A stretch of 50,545 nt of DNA from Myxococcota bacterium (GTDB lineage Bacteria; Myxococcota_C; UBA6777). Location: assembly GCA_023150835.1 (NCBI GenBank), contig JAKLKB010000045.1, positions 1-50,545 on the forward strand, read 5' to 3'. This document shows positions 37,528 through 48,046 of the stretch, one piece after another. Position numbers and translations under genes: made by a program. A model generated the notes under the pieces. The model made no database searches, was not told the DNA's origin, and saw only the letters and a program-made list of their open reading frames with translations. Each line of letters opens with the position of its first letter. Position 1 is the stretch's first letter.

Positions 37528-39333
37528 TCATCGACAAGTCAGGCGATAGTCGCTTTTGCGAAATTTTTTCAAGAAACCGTCCTCTTCGTAAGACGGTAGC
37601 AGTTCTGCGATCTGGGCAGGGGCCATACCTCGATTGAGGTTATAGCAAATCAAGTGAACGAGAGCACGCGGATAAAGCGTTTGTTGAACACTTGGTGCTG
37701 GAGACTTTTGCGCAGAAGATACAATGTACTTTTTCCACAAAGTAAAAGATATTTTTTTACGATTTTGATGAGATGAAACCTTGTGTAAAGTGTGTTGAAT
37801 CAAAGAGATGAAATGCTGAAGATCCCGCGTAGGTCGCCAAGCACCATTTGCGAGGCGGGTGAGGACGCTTAGGGAGACGATCTCGGGCAAGAGTTCGGGT
37901 TCGAGCAGAGAAGGAACGAGGTGGTGCGTGGGAGGGAGTTGCGTCGTAGGAGAGTGGGAGCGAGGCTGGGCAAGAGGAAGGCGCGCATCGCTCGCAACAG
38001 TGGACGGCCCCGCCCCAGCGCGAGCGGTGGGTTGTGCTGGCGGGTACTTGTCTGGATCGGCAGTACGTTGAAGGGTGGGTTGTTTGGTTGCGTGTGGAGA
38101 AAAATGCGTTGGGCTGTGCTGAGGATCGGGCTGCAAGAAAAAAAAGCCCGCAGAGAGTCCAACAAGAGCAAACAAAAATCCGACAAAAAGAAAAGGCGGT
38201 CGTTTCTTTTGATCGAGAGCAGGCGATGAAAGCGCCTGAGGATAAGGTTCGGTGGTTCGATGCGCGATACTCTCTGAATTGTTTGAGCGGTTTTCCTGTG
38301 GTGTGCGGATTTGGGGTGCGATCGATTGCGTTACAGAAAAAGCAGAGACGGGTGCTTCGACTTCCGCAGAAGGCCGAAGAGAAGCAGGCGGCGGTTCGGA
38401 TTCTTTTGGGGTATACTCTGAAGTTTTGAGGAAAGAAGCAGCAGAGTCTTGCGGTCGTTGTTTACCTGAATGGCTCTTGTTTTTTTCGCGATAATGTTGA
38501 AAAGCTTGTTCGAGAGAAGACAGCAATTCTTGGCAAGAAGAATAGCGATTTTCTGGACTTTTGCTTAGGCATTTCTTGAAGACAGATTGAAATTCAGGCA
38601 ATACCTCACGAGAAATAGGTGGATCTTCATAAAGAACTTTCACAATAATCTGATGAGGCTCATCGCCCGGGAAAGGCAGTTTGCCCGTGTGAAGAAAATA
38701 AAGCACAACACCGATGCTGTAGATATCGGAACGATGATCGACACTTTTGGTTTGTCTACATTGCTCGGGAGACATGTACTGTGGCGTTCCCATAATGGAA
38801 TTCGTTTTGGTAAGCCCGGCAGTGTCCGCGAGTTTGGCGATTCCAAAATCTGTCAATTTGGGACACAGCGTACCGTCCGTTTGATCTAGCAAAATATTTT
38901 GCGGTTTGATATCGCGGTGAATCACACCTTGTTTGTGAGCATAATCCAAGGCTTGAAGCAAAGGAGGCACAAAGGGAAACCACTCGTCGGGGGTTAGAAC
39001 CCTGTTTTGCTTTTCCAGCCACTCTTTCAGATCCCCACCGTTGCACCATTCGAGCGTAAACCCAAGGATATCCCGCTCATCAACGAGATCATAAACACGA
39101 ACAATATTCGGGTGTTGAAGTTTTGACTGGATGGTCGCTTCACGAGCAAATCGTTCACGAAAAGAAGAGGAATCCGACATGGAACTAAAGAGGACCTTGA
39201 GAGCTACCTCGCGCTGTTCTTGAAGATCGTAGGCTTTGTAGATCCAAGCCATCCCGCCTTTTGCGATGCGTTGGTCAACGCGATATTTTTCTTTCAGGGT
39301 CACCCCCTCAAGGGCTGATTCTTTTAACAGCAT
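37528..39333 (-). CDS. Membrane Hanks-type Ser/Thr protein kinase
   Basis: KGGMAWIY, VALK, HRDIKPQN, DFG and YMSPE motifs, a TM helix and an unrecognised C-terminal domain. ATG 39333 follows GAGG. Confidence 0.95.
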   Translation of the reverse strand: MLLKESALEGVTLKEKYRVDQRIAKGGMAWIYKAYDLQEQREVALKVLFSSMSDSSSFRERFAREATIQSKLQHPNIVRVYDLVDERDILGFTLEWCNGGDLKEWLEKQNRVLTPDEWFPFVPPLLQALDYAHKQGVIHRDIKPQNILLDQTDGTLCPKLTDFGIAKLADTAGLTKTNSIMGTPQYMSPEQCRQTKSVDHRSDIYSIGVVLYFLHTGKLPFPGDEPHQIIVKVLYEDPPISREVLPEFQSVFKKCLSKSPENRYSSCQELLSSLEQAFQHYREKNKSHSGKQRPQDSAASFLKTSEYTPKESEPPPASLRPSAEVEAPVSAFSVTQSIAPQIRTPQENRSNNSESIAHRTTEPYPQALSSPALDQKKRPPFLFVGFLFALVGLSAGFFFLQPDPQHSPTHFSPHATKQPTLQRTADPDKYPPAQPTARAGAGPSTVASDARLPLAQPRSHSPTTQLPPTHHLVPSLLEPELLPEIVSLSVLTRLANGAWRPTRDLQHFISLIQHTLHKVSSHQNRKKISFTLWKKYIVSSAQKSPAPSVQQTLYPRALVHLICYNLNRGMAPAQIAELLPSYEEDGFLKKFRKSDYRLTCR

Positions 39334-39392
39334 ACTGCTTTCCTCGATTGATGGACGCGTGACGATGCGAGCGATGAACCAACGCAAAACTG

Positions 39393-39606
39393 TTAGGGTC
39401 CGAGGCATGGGTAAAGTTGTTTGAAATAATAATCGCTCACTTCTTGCTTTCTAGCCTAAATCAGCAGGTTCGAGTCCCGCACTGACAAAGTTGTTTGAAA
39501 TAATAATCGCTTACTTCTTGCTCTCTAGCCCAAATCAGCATCCTCGAGGTGAACATTGACAAAGTTGTTTGAAAAAATAATCGCTTACTTCTTGCTTTCT
39601 CGGGCC
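39393..39606 (-). repeat. Three 74-bp-period imperfect repeats encoding alternative C-termini of the adjacent gene
   Basis: AAAGTTGTTTGAAA.AATAATCGCT.ACTTCTTGCT.TCT occurs at 39413, 39487 and 39561. Confidence 0.9.
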
Positions 39607-41004
39607 ACAATTATTATGGGAATAAAGCTTACAAAATCCATCAAGAGCTTGAAATGCGTTTTCAATCCAACCTCTTGCTTTTTCAAAATTCTTTTGAGCG
39701 TCGGCTCCTCCACAATTGCCTTTGATTTTTCCTTGTGTGCCCTCTTCGCATCCCAACTCGGTGCAGACCGCCTTAATCGCAGGTAAACCGACGATCGGAT
39801 CGGAACATTTATAAAATTGCGGTTGGGCAACACAGACTTCGGACCAAAACTGATACCCGTTTTGAAGTGCGTTGATCGCGTAAGTACAACAACCTTCCAA
39901 CGTGCCGCAGTTGACGAGGCCGTTTTTGCACCAAGGTTCGGTGCATTTGTTTGCTAAGCACACTTGGAAGTTGAGACATTCGCTATCTTTTGAGCAGCTA
40001 GGGTTCGCTGTGCATTGGCCGCCTTCGCATTTGTTCGTGGTTGGACAAGCGTTGTTGCATTTGCCGCAATGATTGGCGTCGGTGTTGGTATTGACACAAT
40101 TTCCTCCGCACAACAGGATTCCCGGGTCAGAGGAGCATTTGGACTTACAAGTGTTTACATCGCAGATGTCGCCGTTTTGACAAGCACCACAAGAACCACC
40201 ACACCCGTCATCCCCACAAGATTTTCCCGCACAATTGCGAATACAAACACATTTCCCATTTTGGCACGCATTATTGGTGGGGCAGCGATTTGAACAACTT
40301 CCGCAATGTTCGGTGTTGGTGCTTGTATTGACACAAGCCCCACTACAGATCTTCTGTTCTGCTGAGCATTGCGATTTGCAAGAACCGCTGTCGCAAACTT
40401 GTCCTTCTGAACACGCACCACAAGAGCCACCACAGCCATCGCTTCCACAGGATTTGCCTTGACAATAGGGCTTACAAACACACCGAGCGCTCTCGCAAAG
40501 GTGGTTCGTTGGGCAGAGGTTGCCGCATTGGCCACAGTGATTGGCGTTTGTGTTCAAGTCGACACAACCTCCCGAACATGCGGACGTTCCGGCATCGCAG
40601 TTGTCCACACAAACACCGCTCTTGCACACTTTTCCTCCCGGGCAAAGAGGCGTTGAAGACCTCGCATTATCGATGTCTCCATCGCAATCATCATCTTTGC
40701 CATTGCATTCTTCTACTTTGTAATCCGGGCATGAGACACAGATAGGATTCAGGGTGTTTTTGCGATTGATGCAACGTTCGGTACCATAACAATCGGAGTC
40801 TCCGTTTGAGCAAATTTTTCTGCAATATTTATATTTATCGGCTCCATCACACGCCTGACCGGGTGGGCAAAGCGGTGATTCTGCGTCGCAACGGACCTCC
40901 TGAATACAAGAGATATGAGAAAAGGAAAAAGGCAAACAGAGAAGAAGAAAGTACCGAAGCATGTGGTGGATTGTTTTTTTTCTCAGAGACACGGTAGAAA
41001 GCAT
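39535..41004 (-). CDS. Cys-rich exported/lipoprotein (HCG repeats, CGSDGCGGSCG repeats)
   Basis: Signal peptide ending HISC, EECNGKDDDCDGDID, three NHCG/EHCG units and two GCGGSCG units. Confidence 0.85.
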   Translation of the reverse strand: MLSTVSLRKKTIHHMLRYFLLLCLPFSFSHISCIQEVRCDAESPLCPPGQACDGADKYKYCRKICSNGDSDCYGTERCINRKNTLNPICVSCPDYKVEECNGKDDDCDGDIDNARSSTPLCPGGKVCKSGVCVDNCDAGTSACSGGCVDLNTNANHCGQCGNLCPTNHLCESARCVCKPYCQGKSCGSDGCGGSCGACSEGQVCDSGSCKSQCSAEQKICSGACVNTSTNTEHCGSCSNRCPTNNACQNGKCVCIRNCAGKSCGDDGCGGSCGACQNGDICDVNTCKSKCSSDPGILLCGGNCVNTNTDANHCGKCNNACPTTNKCEGGQCTANPSCSKDSECLNFQVCLANKCTEPWCKNGLVNCGTLEGCCTYAINALQNGYQFWSEVCVAQPQFYKCSDPIVGLPAIKAVCTELGCEEGTQGKIKGNCGGADAQKNFEKARGWIENAFQALDGFCKLYSHNNCGPRKQEVSDYFFKQLCQCSPRGC

Positions 41005-41099
41005 AGGATACTCCTCGTTCGTGGTTCAATCGTCTTCATCGATATTTTCTTATGAAAAGAGGCATCGGATGATTTTTATTTTTCGACAAAGCAGCGTGG

Positions 41100-41813
41100 T
41101 TATTTGACACAGGCTCCGTCTTTCAAGACGCATGCGCCTGTGGCTTTGCATAACGTGCTGTTTTTGCAGTGAGTGCTGGTCTCGGCAAGGCATTGATGAT
41201 TGATGAGGCCACATCGTCCGTTGGTTGCGCAGTTTGTGCTGCTTGAACATTCTACGCACTGGCCATTTTTTTCTGCACAAAAGCCTTTGTCTTTGCAGAG
41301 GTCACTCAGGAGGCAGTCCGCATCGCTTGTGACGGCGCAAGCAGATTCTTTTGGGGTGCATTTTCCAAGCGTTTTGCAATCGCTGCTTCTCTCACAAACT
41401 TGTTTTGTAAGCGAGCATGTTTTATCGCAATTTTTTCGGCAAAACATTTGATTTTTTCCTGAGACAAGAGGCCAAGTGTCGTTGTAGCCTGTTTTCCATC
41501 GAAACAAGTCAAAGTGGGATTTATCATAGAGCAGACAACGCTTTCCTCGGCTTGTGATGGCGCAAACTTCGCCAAGAGGGCATTGCCCGTCATCGCAAGC
41601 AAGGAGGGTTTCTTTGTAAGGGGTCGTCATCAAGACAGGCAAGCATTGCTCGTCAGCCGAGCAAGAATCGGAGGCTTGGCAAGGTTTTACGCAACGATCA
41701 CGATCACAAACTTGCTCTTTTGGACACAAGCCTTCTGGACATTCCGCTTTATTGGAAGGCACAGAACAATGGAACAGACCAAAAACAAAAAAGCCAAAGA
41801 AAAGACGTTGCAT
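41100..41813 (-). CDS. Small Cys-rich lipoprotein
   Basis: MQRLFFGFFVFGLFHC lipoprotein-like signal, and C-terminal C..S..C...G.C repeats. Confidence 0.75.
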   Translation of the reverse strand: MQRLFFGFFVFGLFHCSVPSNKAECPEGLCPKEQVCDRDRCVKPCQASDSCSADEQCLPVLMTTPYKETLLACDDGQCPLGEVCAITSRGKRCLLYDKSHFDLFRWKTGYNDTWPLVSGKNQMFCRKNCDKTCSLTKQVCERSSDCKTLGKCTPKESACAVTSDADCLLSDLCKDKGFCAEKNGQCVECSSSTNCATNGRCGLINHQCLAETSTHCKNSTLCKATGACVLKDGACVK

Positions 41814-42124
41814 TTTTTTCTCCGAACCTCGCACAGACAAACACCTCCTTGCATTGAGTACCCATTTGTTCCAAGGAGATGTTTGCAGAAAGTGAAAAAA
41901 GTTCGGAAGACGGACACTGTAAAACGATCCGCCAAATGCCCCGATGTTGGGGAGAGAGGAGACCACGAGACAAAGAGGTGGGTATCCGTAGGGAATGAGA
42001 AGCCTGCGCGCCGTCTTCGGTGTGTGCGTTGAAAGAGGGGAGTATCCGCAGGGCATGAGAAGCCCGATGTTGGGCACAGAGAAGATCGAAAGAGGAAGGG
42101 AAAACGAGGAAGAGTCGGCGAAGG

Positions 42125-44866
42125 CTAGAGCTTACGGGTTCTTCTACGCCACACCAACATCACCCAAAACAAGACCAGCCATCCGCCCCACAAAGGCGGG
42201 TTGTTGGATTGACAGCTACATCCCGGGGTTTGGCCTCCGTTGTATCGTTCTGTGGTGGTGTTTGATTCGCCGATCTCCTTTTCCACAGCGGGATCATCGA
42301 CTTGATCGGCGTCACTAGGGGGAGGTTCGGTGGCTTCAGAGACCGATTCATCGGAGGATTCGGTGGTGGGTTCCGTGATCGGCTCAGGAAGAGGCGGACG
42401 CGAGGGTTGTTTGCACTGCCCGTCTTGACAGGTCGAGCCGCTTGGGCATTGGACACCAAGGCAGGGGTCTTCTTTGCATTGCCCGTCTTGGCAGACACGA
42501 CCGTTGGGACAGGGCAGATCAAAGCAAGGATCGGCTTGGCATTGGCCGTTGGTGCAGCGTTGGAAGTTGGCGCACTTGACGCCTGCGCAAGGGTCTGGGA
42601 CGCACTTGTTGTCTTTGCACCCTTCACCCGGGGCGCATGCATCGGTCTTGCACACGGGGATACACGTCCCTGCTTGACAATACTGATCCGCGCCACACGT
42701 CACGCTTGCGCAAGGATCGGCGGCACAGGTTCCGCCTTTGCAGATCTGCCCGTTGGGACAGCCCAAGCCAAAGCAGTTGTTTTCTACGCATTTTCCGGCT
42801 TTACAGACCTCTTGAGCGGGGCAAGTGACACCGACGCACGCATCGATGCACTGGCCACTTTTGCACACCAGATCGCGTGGACAGGTGATGTTGTCGCAGG
42901 TCGTGGAAAAGCAGACGCCTTGTCGACATTGAAAGCCAGCGGCGCACTCTCCGTTGCGACAGAAGCGGCGACACAACCCTTCGACACAGCTTTCGCCTGC
43001 TGGACAAGTCGTGTTGTCGTCGATCTTTCCGTTGCAATCGTTGTCTGCACCGTCGCAGATCTCGGGGGTCGGTTTGGGCGCGTTGCAAGTCTGCCACGCA
43101 CCGTTGACGCAAAGCTCTTTGCCGTCGCCACAAATGCTCGAACAGTCGCGTGATAGGCCATCGTCGATCATCCCGTTGCAATCGTTGTCTTTGCCGTCGC
43201 AGATCTCAGGTTCGGGCTTGGGGCCTGCGCAGCCTGTATAAGAACCGTTAACGCACTGCGCCGTCCCGCTCCCACAAGCCCCTTGGCATGGGCGAGGTTG
43301 AATCCCTTCGTCGATCTTGCCGTTGCAGTTGTTGTCTTTGCCGTCGCAGATCTCGGGTTCAGGCTTGGGAGCATCACAAAAGACCCATTTTCCGTTGACA
43401 CAGGTTTCTTTTCCGTTGCCGCAGGCGGTCGTGCAAGGGCGCTGCAATCCATCGTCCACCGTCCCGTTGCAATCGTTGTCTTTGGCGTCGCAGACCTCGG
43501 CTTCGGGGGCTGGAGCCGTACAACCCACCCATTTTCCGCCCTGACAGAACTCGACGCCTGAACCACACGCGTTGGCGCAGGCTTGGATGAGGTTGTCGTC
43601 GATCTGCCCGTTGCAATCGTTGTCTTTGTTGTCGCATATCTCGGGCTGAGGCTGAAGAGGAACTGCGCCGCAGGTCGTGGAGAGACCGTCAGGTCGGCAC
43701 ACCAGCACGCCCTCCTTGCGGCATCCTCCGATCCCCGCTTGGCATTTTGTGCCGAGAGTTGGGAAGTCTTCGTCGATCTGGCCGTCGCAATCGTTGTCCT
43801 TGCCGTCGCAGATCTCAGGAGCGGGAGCGCCTGCTGTCGCGTTACAGCGCAGCCCTTTTCCGTCAGATCGACAAGCTTGTGTTCCTTGGCGCGCACATTC
43901 GCCGACTCCGACGCTGCAAGGTTTTCCCAGATTCGGAAACGTCTCGTCGATCTGCCCGTTGCAATCGTTGTCGAGTCCATCGCAGATCTCTTGGGTGGCG
44001 TTGTTAATGATCGCATCCATCGCGCTTTTGAGCTGGGTCGCGTTATCCGAAAAATAGTAGGCTACGCAGCCCGCGATATTTGGGTCACAACGCTGTGTCC
44101 CCCCAAGGCCCGCCATCTTGGTCAGGCAGTTTTGGGCGGTTGCGTTGATCCCCGAGCCAAAACCGATCACATAAGTCTTGACCTGATAGACGTTTCCTTT
44201 GGTGTCTTTGAGTGCATAAGTCCCCGTCCCTTGGTACATATCGTTGACCATATTGGGCGCGTTGACGCATCCGTCGGTGGGTGCGCCATCCGTCAAAAAC
44301 AAGAGGTGTGTGGGGCGGCGTTCTACGCTGTCTTGGTTGATCACGGTCTGGAGGTGATTGCGGGCGGCGGTGAACGCACGTTGGTAGTGGGTGCCGTTAG
44401 AAAGAACGCGAGCCGCCAACTTGGCCGCCATTTGGGGAGGATTGGAGACGATCGTGGCCTCAAGGGTTGCGTTTTCGCTGAAGGCCACCAACCCAAAACG
44501 CGCCTTTCGATCGTTGTATTGCGGCGCAGTTCCGCCGTATTGATACGCCACTTCTTTGAGGGCGTTTTGCGCGATATCCCAACGTGTATAAAGACACTTG
44601 CTACTGGTATCGCAAGAATAATCGTAGCGCGGTGTCGTCCCGGGTGCGGCTTGGTGTGTGTAGGGCATGGGGGCGCACGAGGCTTTGTTGGTACAGGCTT
44701 GGCTTGAGATCTTGTTGTTGTTGCCCATGCTGTTGGAGGCATCGACGATGATCATCAGGTTGGGAGGTTGGCAGTTGGACGCTTGTTGCGCCCACGCTTG
44801 TGATCCCGTCCAACACATCCACACGCATAACACCTCAAAGCGGATCCACCACAGACGACCGAGCAT
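42125..44866 (-). CDS. VWA-domain surface protein with 7 EICDGxDNDCxGxIDE metal-binding repeats, a Cys-rich stalk and a MYXO-CTERM-type signal
   Basis: MIDAS motif DASNS...T...LTDG. C-terminus GCSCQ...WLVLFWVMLVWRRR. Confidence 0.9.
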   Translation of the reverse strand: MLGRLWWIRFEVLCVWMCWTGSQAWAQQASNCQPPNLMIIVDASNSMGNNNKISSQACTNKASCAPMPYTHQAAPGTTPRYDYSCDTSSKCLYTRWDIAQNALKEVAYQYGGTAPQYNDRKARFGLVAFSENATLEATIVSNPPQMAAKLAARVLSNGTHYQRAFTAARNHLQTVINQDSVERRPTHLLFLTDGAPTDGCVNAPNMVNDMYQGTGTYALKDTKGNVYQVKTYVIGFGSGINATAQNCLTKMAGLGGTQRCDPNIAGCVAYYFSDNATQLKSAMDAIINNATQEICDGLDNDCNGQIDETFPNLGKPCSVGVGECARQGTQACRSDGKGLRCNATAGAPAPEICDGKDNDCDGQIDEDFPTLGTKCQAGIGGCRKEGVLVCRPDGLSTTCGAVPLQPQPEICDNKDNDCNGQIDDNLIQACANACGSGVEFCQGGKWVGCTAPAPEAEVCDAKDNDCNGTVDDGLQRPCTTACGNGKETCVNGKWVFCDAPKPEPEICDGKDNNCNGKIDEGIQPRPCQGACGSGTAQCVNGSYTGCAGPKPEPEICDGKDNDCNGMIDDGLSRDCSSICGDGKELCVNGAWQTCNAPKPTPEICDGADNDCNGKIDDNTTCPAGESCVEGLCRRFCRNGECAAGFQCRQGVCFSTTCDNITCPRDLVCKSGQCIDACVGVTCPAQEVCKAGKCVENNCFGLGCPNGQICKGGTCAADPCASVTCGADQYCQAGTCIPVCKTDACAPGEGCKDNKCVPDPCAGVKCANFQRCTNGQCQADPCFDLPCPNGRVCQDGQCKEDPCLGVQCPSGSTCQDGQCKQPSRPPLPEPITEPTTESSDESVSEATEPPPSDADQVDDPAVEKEIGESNTTTERYNGGQTPGCSCQSNNPPLWGGWLVLFWVMLVWRRRTRKL

Positions 44867-45032
44867 TGCGGCCTCCTTCGATCAAAATACTTTTCGCTGA
44901 CGCATTGCCAAAACTGCAGGTGCGTCTTCAATCTACCATCTTCGGCGCATATCGGCACGAGTTGCCAAAGGCATCGCCGCTCAGCGCTGGCGGTTCTACA
45001 GTGGAGAAATGTTCTTTTTGGGAGGTTTTTGG

Positions 45033-47552
45033 ATGGTACAGCGTGTTTCTTTAGAGCGAAAGCAAGGTGTTTTCGTTCGCATTATTCGATCGTTGGGCTT
45101 TTTCGGGCGGTCTCGGCGGGACGGGAGCCTGTGTTTGTTTTGCCTGTTTTGCCTGTTGGGTTGGAGAGGGACGCAAGCCGAAGCCTCGCCGCTTCAAGCG
45201 CCCCATATCGAGCTTTCTTTACAAAGCGAACTACCCTCGATCCGTTTAGGCGTTCCTTTTTGGATTGGCATCCATCAGAAGATCGAGAAAGATTGGCACA
45301 CCTACTGGCAAAATCCGGGAGACTCCGGGATTGCCCCCAAGATCCGTTGGACCGTCCCTGCGGGCTTTCAGGTCGGAGCGATTCAATGGCCCACGCCCAA
45401 ACGTATCCGCGTCAGGGTGCTGGCAAACTTTGGTTACGAGCAGGAGATCTTGCTGCCGCTCCAGATCACGCCGCCAAAGCAATTTTCTGGATCGAGTGTA
45501 CGGATATCGGCGGAACTCGAATGGTTGGTTTGTAAAGAAGAGTGCATCCCGGGCCGAGGAACGATCCATCTCACGCTACCCATCCGATCCGCATCGGCTC
45601 CGTCTTCGCTTCCAACTTCGCAACCCATCGCCCATCCCCAACGCTTCGCGGCGATCCGTCCGAACCTTCCGCTGCCTTGGCCCCAAACCCAAGGTCGGCT
45701 GTTGCTCCGCGAGGAAGACGTGCAGATCGATCTGCCCGATCTTCCGTCTGCATTGTTGCAGCGAAGATCTCTGACCTTCTATCCCATCGATCATTCGGTG
45801 ATATCCAACGCTGCACCGTTAAAGTTCTCGCGTCCACAGGGCATCTTGCGGATCGTCGTCGAGAAAAATGAATACCATACCCCCGAGCGCACGACGCTTC
45901 GCGGCCTGATCGTTTCGCGTGAGCGGGGCCTTCCGATGTTGAGTTATGCGGTCGTCGCCAAAGCGTCCTCGGATGTAGCCTCCGTTCCTGTTGCTTCTGC
46001 CGCAAAGATCGCAAAGAAACCGACGGGGGTTTCTACGCATCCTCCGGTCTCAAAGCGGCAGCCCGCGACTCGGCCTGTGGGTTCGTCGTTGGAGCGGATG
46101 CTTGCAAGGGGAGGGGAGGATCAAGAGTCATTGCGCTCGGTGTGGTGGGCGTTGTTGTTTGCGTTTTTTGGGGGGCTTTTGCTCAACCTGATGCCGTGTG
46201 TTTTTCCTGTGCTTTCGTTGAAACTGCTGCATTTTGTTGAGCAGGCCAAAGAGCAACCCGCACAGGTCAAGCGTCATGGGTGGGCGTTTACGGCGGGGGT
46301 CTTGTTGTGTTTTCTTGCCTTGTCGGGCTTTTTGTTTCTGTTGCGGATTCCTGCGCTACAACGTCTGCTTGGCTTGCAGGATGCGCTTGGATGGGGGTAT
46401 CAGCTTCAATCGGCAGCGGTGTTGTTGCCGTTGATCTTGTTGTTCTTTGCGATGGGACTGATCCTTTCGGGGCTTTTTGAGGTGGGTTCTTCTTTGATGG
46501 GAGTGGGGAGTCGCCTTGCGGATCAAGGCGGATACTCGGGTTCGTTCTTTTCGGGCTTCCTTGCCACCATCGTTGCAACGCCCTGTACTGCCCCGTTTAT
46601 GGGAGGGGCGATCGCCTTTGCTTTGCTTCAACCTCCGTGGGTTGGGCTGTTGATCTTTGCGATGCTTGGGCTTGGGATGGCGTCGCCGTATCTGTTGTTG
46701 TCGCTTAATCCTTCGGCGCTGCGGGTGCTTCCGCGCCCGGGGGCGTGGATGGAGACTTTCAAGCAGGTGATGGCGTTCCCCTTGTATGGGGCGGCGATCT
46801 GGCTGGCGTGGGTGCTGACTTCGCTTGCGGGGCCGCGAGGCATCTTGCTAACGATGATCTGTGCGCTGCTTGTGGCTTTTGCGGGGTGGTTGTTGCATAT
46901 CGTTCCGTTTGGCAGCGAAAAGCGCCGTTGGACGGGACGAATCGCTTTACTGCTTACGATCTCGACCTTGGTATGGGGCATCTCCAACGTCCATCAAGCC
47001 CAAAAAGATCACCGAGACGCCCATCGCACCGCTCTCCAAGAAGCCTTTCAAGAAGGCCGCGCATCGGTCACATCGGTCACATCGACAACATCGACCACAT
47101 CTGCCACATCTGCCACACCTGCCACATCTGCCACATCTGCTGCTTCCCCCACGACCTCTTCCAAGCAGAGCGTGATGTCCTCTCCTCGGGCGGCCTCTGC
47201 TGCGCTGTTGCGAAAAATTCCTTTTTCTCGCAAAAGATTAGAGCAACTTCTTCAGCAAAAACAGCACGTCTTTCTAAACTTCACTGCCGACTGGTGTATC
47301 ACCTGCAAAGCCAACGAGCGCATCGCTTTGCGCAGCAGCGAAGTTCATGCAGCTTTGTCCACACGCAAGGTTCATTACCTCGTCGGCGATTGGACCGATG
47401 GCAACAAGGAGATCACCGCTACCCTTGCTCAGTTCAAACGCAGCGGTGTGCCGCTGTATGTCCTCTTCAACGGAAAAGACGGCTCCTATCGCATACTTCC
47501 CCAGATCCTCACCCCAAGTCTCGTCACACAGCCTGTCTTGCAACTCCCTTGA
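45033..47552 (+). CDS. dsbD: Protein-disulfide reductase DsbD family (N-domain, TM domain, thioredoxin domain)
   Basis: WHTYWQNPGDSG, VCKEECIP, NLMPCVFPV, TPCTAPFMG and FTADWCITCK. GGAGG RBS before ATG 45033. Confidence 0.93.
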   Translation: MVQRVSLERKQGVFVRIIRSLGFFGRSRRDGSLCLFCLFCLLGWRGTQAEASPLQAPHIELSLQSELPSIRLGVPFWIGIHQKIEKDWHTYWQNPGDSGIAPKIRWTVPAGFQVGAIQWPTPKRIRVRVLANFGYEQEILLPLQITPPKQFSGSSVRISAELEWLVCKEECIPGRGTIHLTLPIRSASAPSSLPTSQPIAHPQRFAAIRPNLPLPWPQTQGRLLLREEDVQIDLPDLPSALLQRRSLTFYPIDHSVISNAAPLKFSRPQGILRIVVEKNEYHTPERTTLRGLIVSRERGLPMLSYAVVAKASSDVASVPVASAAKIAKKPTGVSTHPPVSKRQPATRPVGSSLERMLARGGEDQESLRSVWWALLFAFFGGLLLNLMPCVFPVLSLKLLHFVEQAKEQPAQVKRHGWAFTAGVLLCFLALSGFLFLLRIPALQRLLGLQDALGWGYQLQSAAVLLPLILLFFAMGLILSGLFEVGSSLMGVGSRLADQGGYSGSFFSGFLATIVATPCTAPFMGGAIAFALLQPPWVGLLIFAMLGLGMASPYLLLSLNPSALRVLPRPGAWMETFKQVMAFPLYGAAIWLAWVLTSLAGPRGILLTMICALLVAFAGWLLHIVPFGSEKRRWTGRIALLLTISTLVWGISNVHQAQKDHRDAHRTALQEAFQEGRASVTSVTSTTSTTSATSATPATSATSAASPTTSSKQSVMSSPRAASAALLRKIPFSRKRLEQLLQQKQHVFLNFTADWCITCKANERIALRSSEVHAALSTRKVHYLVGDWTDGNKEITATLAQFKRSGVPLYVLFNGKDGSYRILPQILTPSLVTQPVLQLP

Positions 47553-47594
47553 TATAGAAATGTTCTGACAAGAGTTGCGCCCCTGTATGGGTTT

Positions 47595-47722
47595 TTGTGG
47601 GGCGCGGCCCCATGCCCCGCAAGGGAGCGCGGCTCCCTTGACCCCGTATCGGCGGGAAGATCACAGGTTTTTCAAACAAGCAGCACAGCCGCGTAGAGAG
47701 GCACGAACACGGGGTTTTTTGG
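47595..47722 (+). repeat. Family A dispersed repeat
   Basis: GCAAGGGAGCGCGGCTCCCTTGACCCCGTATCGGCGGG...TTTTCAAAC...CGAACACGG. Confidence 0.8.
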
Positions 47723-48046
47723 CTACAAATCAATCCGAAGCAATTCGATTGCGGCTTACGCACGGCGAGAAGCCACGGAGTATTCTTCCACACCCAGCCA
47801 AAGCGAAACAATACACACTTTTTCACTTTCTGAAAAGCGCAAGCTTCAATGATGGGTATGAAAGAAAATACGGTCTTTGCCTCCGCGCAAAGATTCTGTT
47901 CGTAAATTTAAGACTTTTTCTAGTATTTTTCGAATCTGAATGAAATATTCAGCAGAGAAAATTAGATCCCTACCACGTCACGATTCAGGAGGTTTTTATC
48001 ATCAAAGAAATGAACCCAAACAACAAGTTTCGTTTTTTTTCTTACA

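Noticed and set aside
39464-39480. tRNA T-arm-like GCAGGTTCGAGTCCCGC (possible tRNA or att site)
   Set aside because: No cloverleaf or CCA end can be built. It is the reverse strand of the alternative tail codons CGTRTC.
39413-39600. Mini CRISPR array
   Set aside because: The repeats are imperfect and ~54 bp, the 'spacers' are homologous to each other, and the unit is the coding end of the adjacent gene.
41935-42077. N-terminal extension of the 41100-42077 ORF, with short degenerate repeats
   Set aside because: A lipoprotein signal starts at ATG 41813. The upstream part looks like intergenic sequence with small duplications (CCCGATGTTGGG; GTATCCG.AGGG.ATGAGAAGCC).
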